Notes under the pieces: model-generated
What the model was told of the DNA's origin: nothing
Database searches by the model: none
The model's input: the letters and a program-made list of their open reading frames with translations, nothing else
Source of the DNA: Candidatus Cloacimonadales bacterium
GTDB taxonomy: Bacteria > Cloacimonadota > Cloacimonadia > Cloacimonadales > JAFGVF01
NCBI GenBank assembly: GCA_963677495.2
Contig: CAXXOU010000001.1
Coordinates: 448,001 to 512,000, forward strand
Direction: 5' to 3'
Length of the DNA: 64,000 bases
In this document: positions 58,097-64,000 of the stretch, piece after piece
How the letters are laid out: each line of letters starts with the position of its first letter
How positions within the stretch are numbered: the stretch's first letter is position 1
Program-made: the position numbers and the translations under genes

Positions 58097-60511
58097 CTAT
58101 TTAACAAGCATCATTTTTTTCACTACAGACTCTGATTCGATAGTTAACTTGTAAAAGTATATCCCTGACGCCACTCTGTTTCCGTTATTATCTCTGCAGT
58201 TCCAGGTTACACTATAGGAATTTGATGATTTAGATTGTTCTAGTCCGGCATTCTTGATCATCTCTTCCCGACTCTTACCTACTTTTAATGTTCTAACTAA
58301 TTGCCCTTTTATATTATATATTGAGATTTCGGGTACTTCAGTTTGCTTATTAGGAAGTTGGAAATCTATGAATGTATATGGATTGGAGTGGGCTATGTCT
58401 ACAGGATTAGGATAGTTATAAAGCTTTATCTGGTTTGTGACTTGAGGTTGAGTTTCATCGTTGTTGGGAACACTGTTGTACTCATAGCAACCGATATCAA
58501 TAACACCATTCCAGATCCTAGCTGCTCCATCAAGATCAGTTGGTGGTATGCCTAATCCGAGTGTATCTGGAGTTCCTGCATCAATGCATAATGATGACGG
58601 ACTGAGTCGATAGTATTCGGGTGAATCATCTAAAACACTGTAATCTGTTCCTCCAAAAAACAAAGGATTGCCAAAAATATTATTACTTCCACAATTCAGA
58701 GTATTCCCATCAAATGTGTATATTGTATCAAGTCCATCTGCTATACAACAAAAATCTATATCAAGGATATGACAATTATTTTGTCCCTGTATCCCAAACT
58801 GTATTTCACGGTGAAGGTTAGGATTACTCAATATTGAATTTCTGATTAAAAAGTCACCATATAACACCACAACTTCATCAGCAGTATAATTATGAGCAAA
58901 TGTAGAGCTATTTATAATGCTTTGGTTTGCCCCATTAGCAATGTATATTGTATGGTCAGAACCCTCGCTGTTATATGCAGCATTATGAGCAATGAGAGAA
59001 TTGTTAATTATACATCTATTGTCATATTCTGGGTAATTCACATAGTTAAAAGTACGTCCTGTATAATCATAACAATTAATGATATAGGAATTATTCATGA
59101 TTAGATTACTATTTAAGAATACCAGTGGGATCAATCTATTAGTGCCATATGCTGTTAAGTCTTCGAAATGACAATTATCTATAATAATGCTAGAATCGTT
59201 TGTTAATAAACCATAAGTATTATAGTCTGAATTAATGTTAGTCATATCAACATTTATTAATTGGACATTATCGCAATGCATAGCGATAATGTTTCCTGCA
59301 TTTCTCATTGAGCAATTTGAGAATCTTACATTCTCAAACAATATGTCTTGGCTTTTCTCTACATTTATAAGACTCTTTGAGTCGAACATAAAACCGTTCA
59401 CAATAGATATATCTGTAAATGATATATTTTTCAATGAATCTAACAAGGTCATTCCACCACAGTTTTCGAGATCAATAATCGTACATTCCAATCCAGAGCC
59501 ACAAATGTTGATGTTTGATTTCATCCTAAAAGGAAAGTTTTGATTGTTTTCACTTCTTCTATAAATGCCAGGATTAATGTGGAGGGTTACACTCTCTGCT
59601 AAATCATCCACCATATTAACCGCTTTCGCTATACTCTGTATCGGTTCATTCACTGTTAGACCCGTATTATTGTTATCTCCTTGAGTAGACACAAAAATAT
59701 CTTGCGTAATATTGTTATACAATGCTTGGTTCAACACAATGTTTGCAGCTTCCATTTCATATGTCTTTATATAATACTCACTGTTCGAATTAGAAGATGA
59801 AGCAAAGTTTAGATAGACATTCAATGAATAGTTCTGTAAATGGTTGCAGTTACTAAAACAAAGATCCATTATTAAATTCGAGTAATTTCCATAAATACTA
59901 CACCTACTAAAACTATCAAACGTGACCTGTGAATCTAAGAAAGCAGCCCCTCCTACTCCATACAAAGCTTGATTCTCCATTATGGAAACATTACTTAGAA
60001 AAATATCAGTACCTGCATGCACATACAATCCACCTGCAACATATGAAACACATTCTGTAATCGTACAATCTAACAGTTCAAGGTTACTATTTGAGACATA
60101 AACTCCACCCCCATAAACTTGATTTATTGTTGGATGACTGTAGTTTGAATTGGATATCGTAAAGCCTTGTATTATTAAGTTAAAACAATCTTCTATGGAT
60201 GCTGTTGTTAATAGTTCAGTTCCTAGTATTCTTGTATTCTCAATATCTTCAGGATTGTCAGTTAAGTAATATGTGCTTTGCAATGAGATATTTTTACTAT
60301 AAATGCTAATGTTTTCGTGAAAAGTCCCCGGATGCACTAAAATAGTATCATTATCGACAGCAATATCAATTGCTTCTTGTATAGATGTGAAGTCATAATT
60401 CCCATCTGAAGAGACTTCATATGTAGTCGCTTTTGCAAAACATGTTAAAAGTAATGTAATACATCCCATTACGAATCTTTTATCTGTGCTAATCTGAGAA
60501 ATCAGTGGCAT
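58097..60511 (-). CDS. Secreted pectin-lyase-fold beta-helix protein with anchor-Q-like motif and atypical CTD (array copy 1)
   Basis: RBS AGGAG; DFTSIQEAID..LVHPGT; YRLSPSSLCIDAG..DIGCYE; YNYPNP...KKMMLVK. Confidence 0.82.
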   Translation of the reverse strand: MPLISQISTDKRFVMGCITLLLTCFAKATTYEVSSDGNYDFTSIQEAIDIAVDNDTILVHPGTFHENISIYSKNISLQSTYYLTDNPEDIENTRILGTELLTTASIEDCFNLIIQGFTISNSNYSHPTINQVYGGGVYVSNSNLELLDCTITECVSYVAGGLYVHAGTDIFLSNVSIMENQALYGVGGAAFLDSQVTFDSFSRCSIYGNYSNLIMDLCFSNCNHLQNYSLNVYLNFASSSNSNSEYYIKTYEMEAANIVLNQALYNNITQDIFVSTQGDNNNTGLTVNEPIQSIAKAVNMVDDLAESVTLHINPGIYRRSENNQNFPFRMKSNINICGSGLECTIIDLENCGGMTLLDSLKNISFTDISIVNGFMFDSKSLINVEKSQDILFENVRFSNCSMRNAGNIIAMHCDNVQLINVDMTNINSDYNTYGLLTNDSSIIIDNCHFEDLTAYGTNRLIPLVFLNSNLIMNNSYIINCYDYTGRTFNYVNYPEYDNRCIINNSLIAHNAAYNSEGSDHTIYIANGANQSIINSSTFAHNYTADEVVVLYGDFLIRNSILSNPNLHREIQFGIQGQNNCHILDIDFCCIADGLDTIYTFDGNTLNCGSNNIFGNPLFFGGTDYSVLDDSPEYYRLSPSSLCIDAGTPDTLGLGIPPTDLDGAARIWNGVIDIGCYEYNSVPNNDETQPQVTNQIKLYNYPNPVDIAHSNPYTFIDFQLPNKQTEVPEISIYNIKGQLVRTLKVGKSREEMIKNAGLEQSKSSNSYSVTWNCRDNNGNRVASGIYFYKLTIESESVVKKMMLVK

Positions 60512-60534
60512 TATAGCTCCTTTTGTTGAACAAA

Positions 60535-60559
60535 CGGGGCAGGAAGAAAATACCTGCCC
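60535..60559. other. Intergenic hairpin, identical copy at 63016-63040
   Basis: GGGGCAGG-aagaaaata-CCTGCCCC within a 57-bp spacer that is identical between array units. Confidence 0.8.
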
Positions 60560-60568
60560 CACACTTGC

Positions 60569-62992
60569 TTATTTAACAAGCATCATTTTTTTCACTACAG
60601 ACTCTGATTCGATAGTTAACTTGTAAAAGTATATCCCTGACGCCACTCTGTTTCCGTTGTTATCTCTGCAGTTCCAGGTTACACTATAGGAATTTGATGA
60701 TTTAGATTGCTCTAATCCGACATTCTTGATCATCTCTTCCCTACTTTTACCTACTTGTAATGTTCTGACTAATTGCCCTTTTATATTATATATTGAAATT
60801 TCAAGTGCTTCTGTCTGACGTTTAGGAAGTTGAAAGTCTATGAATGTATATGGATTGGAGTGTGATATGTCGACCGGGTTAGGATAATTATAAAGCTTTA
60901 TCTGGTTTGTGACTTGAGGTTGAGTGTTATCGTTGTTTGGAACAATGTTGTATTCATAGCAACCGATATCAATAACACCATTCCAGATTCTCGCTGCTCC
61001 ATCAAGATCAGTTGGTGGTATGCCTAAACCGAGTGTATCTGGAGTTCCTGCATCTATGCATAGTGATGAAACACCAAGACGGTAGTATTCGGGCATATCA
61101 TCAGTTAGATCTTGGTCACTTTCTCCCTCAAAATCGGGATTATACTCAATGTTACTAGCATCATAGTTAACTGAGTTACCACCTGTTGAGAAGATAGCAA
61201 ATCTCCCATTTTCAATGCAATTATTGTATGCATTGATAGCCTTATCCCCAATATGACTTAACCAAACGAAGTCAATCTCTGCATTACAACCTTGATTATA
61301 AAGTATACTATTTGTCAGTTCTAAATCACCATACACTTCAAGCATCTTTGAGCCATTATAGTTATTAGCAATTGTTGTATTAGATATTGAAATCGGATTT
61401 GAGGTATTCGAGAGATACATCAATGCAGGCCACCATCGTTCTGCTCCTGAGGAATTGTTAGCGACTAATGAGTTGTTTATAATACATCTGTTCTCAGGGT
61501 GTTCCTCATCCGAGCAGTACATAAAAATTTTCCCATCACCACAATAATTATTTGTAATCATTGTATTATTCATTACAAGGTCACAATCGGATAAATAGAT
61601 ACCTGTATAACTAGCATCGGGATCATCTGTTCTAATGTTATCTATTACGCAGTCGTTCAGTATTATTGAAGATTCTAGACCATATATAGCCTTTATATCG
61701 CAAGTATTTGATTCTGTATCATTTATTTCAACATTATTTAGCAGAACACCCCTAGAATAGGTTATTCTTACTCCGCATTTGCTTGAGATACAATTAGAGA
61801 TACTGACTTTATTTAACTTAATATTGTTGGAAAAAGATATCTAAATAGGCGGACTACTTGTATGCATATAGCCATTGATTATTCTAATATTAGACAGCAT
61901 GGTGTTTTGACTTTGCCAAAGCCAAGTTAGGAGACCATCTCCTTCAAGGTCTAAAACAACCTCTCCATTTCCAACAAGATTTATATAGCTTTTACATGCA
62001 AAGGGGAATATCTGTTGATTATTCGTAAATGAATAGGTTCCGGGAGAGATATAGATACTCCTTTGGTTCAAACTATCAGATGCTATTATATTCATTGCAT
62101 ATGCAATGGTTATTAAAGATTCATCTGGAGTCATACCACTGTTTGAATCATCTCCTTCTACTGAGATATATAGATCTGACTCAATGTGGTTAAAGTAGCT
62201 ATCCTCAGCACTAATGAGTACCTCGTTCATATTTACTGCTCTAAAATAATACTCATCAGGCTGGTTGATGTTTTGGGATACAAGTTCCAAAGATATATTC
62301 ATACAAAAGTTTTGAGACTCATTACAATCCATTACGAAAATATCCATTCCTCCACCCGCGTAGTTGTTGTATATGGAACATTTATTCTCATTATCGAACT
62401 GGATATAAGACTCTTCTATGCTCAATCCTCCACCATGATACAATGCAAGATTATTATAAACGTTTAAACCACTAACAAAAACTTCTGAGTTGTTACTAAC
62501 CATTAAACCCGACCCTCCTCTTGATATACTATTCAAGACTGAGCAGTTTAAGATATCTACATGAGAATCATCAACAAGAATGCCACCACCACTTACTTCA
62601 GGAAAGATATAAGCAGTTCTTAAGTAATTGTTCGATATTTTAAAACCTTGAATTGTTACACTTTCAGAATTTTCCACTCTTATAGCTGAATTGTCTGGAT
62701 CTCCACTAATGAATGTATTCTCAATATCTTCAGAATTGTCAGTTAGGTAATATGTGCTTTGCAATGAGATATTTTTACTATTAATACTGATGTTTTCATA
62801 ATAAGTTCCCGGATGCACTAGTATTGTATCATTATCGATAGCAATATCAATTGCTTCTTGTATAGATGTGAAGTCATAATTCCCATCTGAAGAGACTTCA
62901 TATGTAGTCGCTTTTGCAAAACATGTTAAAAGTAATGTAATGAATCCCATTACGAATCTTTTATCTGTGCTAATCTGAGAAATCAGTGACAT
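60569..62992 (-). pseudogene. Array copy 2 with a single in-frame TAG (61841-61843)
   Basis: The frame stays open for 89 codons after the TAG (PPI*ISFSNNIKLNKV...DCDLVMNNTM) and joins the two listed ORFs. Confidence 0.88.
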
Positions 62993-63049
62993 TATAGCTC
63001 CTTTTGTTGAACAAACGGGGCAGGAAGAAAATACCTGCCCCACACTTGC

Positions 63050-64000
63050 TTATTTAACAAGCATCATTTTTTTCACTACAGACTCTGATTCGATAGTTAA
63101 CTTGTAAAAGTATATCCCTGACGCCACTCTGTTTCCGGTATTATCTCTGCAGTTCCAGGTTACACTATAGAAATTTGATGATTTTGATTGCTCTAATCCG
63201 GCATTCTTGATCATCTCTTCCCGACTCTTACCTACTTTTAATGTTCTAACTAATTGCCCTTTTATATTATATATTGAGATTTCGGGTACTTCAGTTTGCT
63301 TATTAGGAAGTTGGAAATCTATGAATGTATATGGATTGGAGTGGGCTATGTCTACAGGATTAGGATAGTTATAAAGCTTTATCTGGTTTGTGACTTGAGG
63401 TTGAGTTTCATCGTTGTTGGGAACACTGTTGTACTCATAGCAACCGATATCAATAACACCATTCCAGATCCTCGCTGCTCCATCAAGATCAGTTGGTGGT
63501 ATGCCTAAACCGAGTGTATCGGGTGTACCGGCATCTATGCATAGTGATGAAGCACCAAGACGGTAGTATTCGGACATATCATCAGTTAGGTCCGGGTCTC
63601 TTTCTCCCTCAAAATCGGGATTAAACTCAATATTACTAGCATCATAATTTACAATGTTTCCTCCACTCGAGAAGATAGCAAAACGTCCCCCATCAATGCA
63701 GTTGTTATTCGCATTCAATGTTCTATTTCCAATTGGAGAAAATCCTGGAAAGCTTATCTCTGAGGGGCAACCCTGATTAAAAAAAATGTTGTTGTTAAGT
63801 TCCAAATCACCGTATACTTCGAGCATCTGTGAATTGTTGAAGTTGTTTGCAATCGTAGTATTAGATATTGTGATCGTATTTGAGGTATTTGAGATATCCA
63901 TCAATCCTGGCCACCATCGCTCTTCTCCTGAGGAATTATTTACGATTAATGAGTTGTTTATAATACATCTGTTCTCTGGATGCTCTTCATCTGAACAGTA
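63050..64000 (-). CDS. Array copy 3, 5' part outside the window
   Basis: Frame is open to base 64000; colinear with copy 2 at offset 2481. Confidence 0.85.
   Translation of the reverse strand, partial: YCSDEEHPENRCIINNSLIVNNSSGEERWWPGLMDISNTSNTITISNTTIANNFNNSQMLEVYGDLELNNNIFFNQGCPSEISFPGFSPIGNRTLNANNNCIDGGRFAIFSSGGNIVNYDASNIEFNPDFEGERDPDLTDDMSEYYRLGASSLCIDAGTPDTLGLGIPPTDLDGAARIWNGVIDIGCYEYNSVPNNDETQPQVTNQIKLYNYPNPVDIAHSNPYTFIDFQLPNKQTEVPEISIYNIKGQLVRTLKVGKSREEMIKNAGLEQSKSSNFYSVTWNCRDNTGNRVASGIYFYKLTIESESVVKKMMLVK

Noticed and set aside
60512..60562. Extended N-termini MGQVFSSCPVCSTKGAI of the array genes (also 62993-63043)
   Set aside because: They translate the intergenic hairpin. The RBS AGGAG points to the ATG at 60511 and 62992.
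838..63508. Numerous 60-180-aa ORFs nested in or antisense to long genes
   Set aside because: Shadow ORFs of well-supported CDSs, with no independent motifs.
58097..64000. Diversity-generating retroelement TR/VR pairs
   Set aside because: No reverse transcriptase in the window. Differences between copies are not confined to adenines, and all copies are gene-length paralogs.
1..64000. tRNA or rRNA genes
   Set aside because: No cloverleaf with a T-loop in proper context and no rRNA-like segment recognised by eye; tRNAscan-SE or barrnap would settle it.

Overview
AT-rich bacterial DNA, most likely from an anaerobic FCB-group organism such as Candidatus Cloacimonadota. This is inferred from nine loci ending in the 'NYPNP(FNP)...KKMxLxK' FlgD-Ig/T9SS-type C-terminal domain (CTD) and a SprA-like translocon. 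The window holds a GH16 beta-glucan cluster, a TPR-sigma54 activator with a downstream -24/-12 promoter, an ECF sigma/anti-sigma locus, an orphan protein with a HEPN-like motif, an HDAC11-like lipoprotein, and three cleaved-adhesin-domain paralogs (one frameshifted). It also holds two nitroreductases, an intact IS21 element with a 7-bp target duplication, a 12-gene Mrp-Mbx-type complex ending in a NuoI-GltD fusion, a CARF-HTH / TPR-kinase / REC module, coaX, sprA, an esterase, and a tandem array of mosaic beta-helix surface proteins. The most unusual signal is non-coding: several intergenic fold-back arrays with 11-bp periodicity. Two homologous copies flank the Mbx operon and share near-identical flanks, but their repeat core differs across the units and in the complementary unit (ATCAAG/CTTGAT vs AGTAAG/CTTACT). 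All calls come from motif reading by eye; no searches were run.
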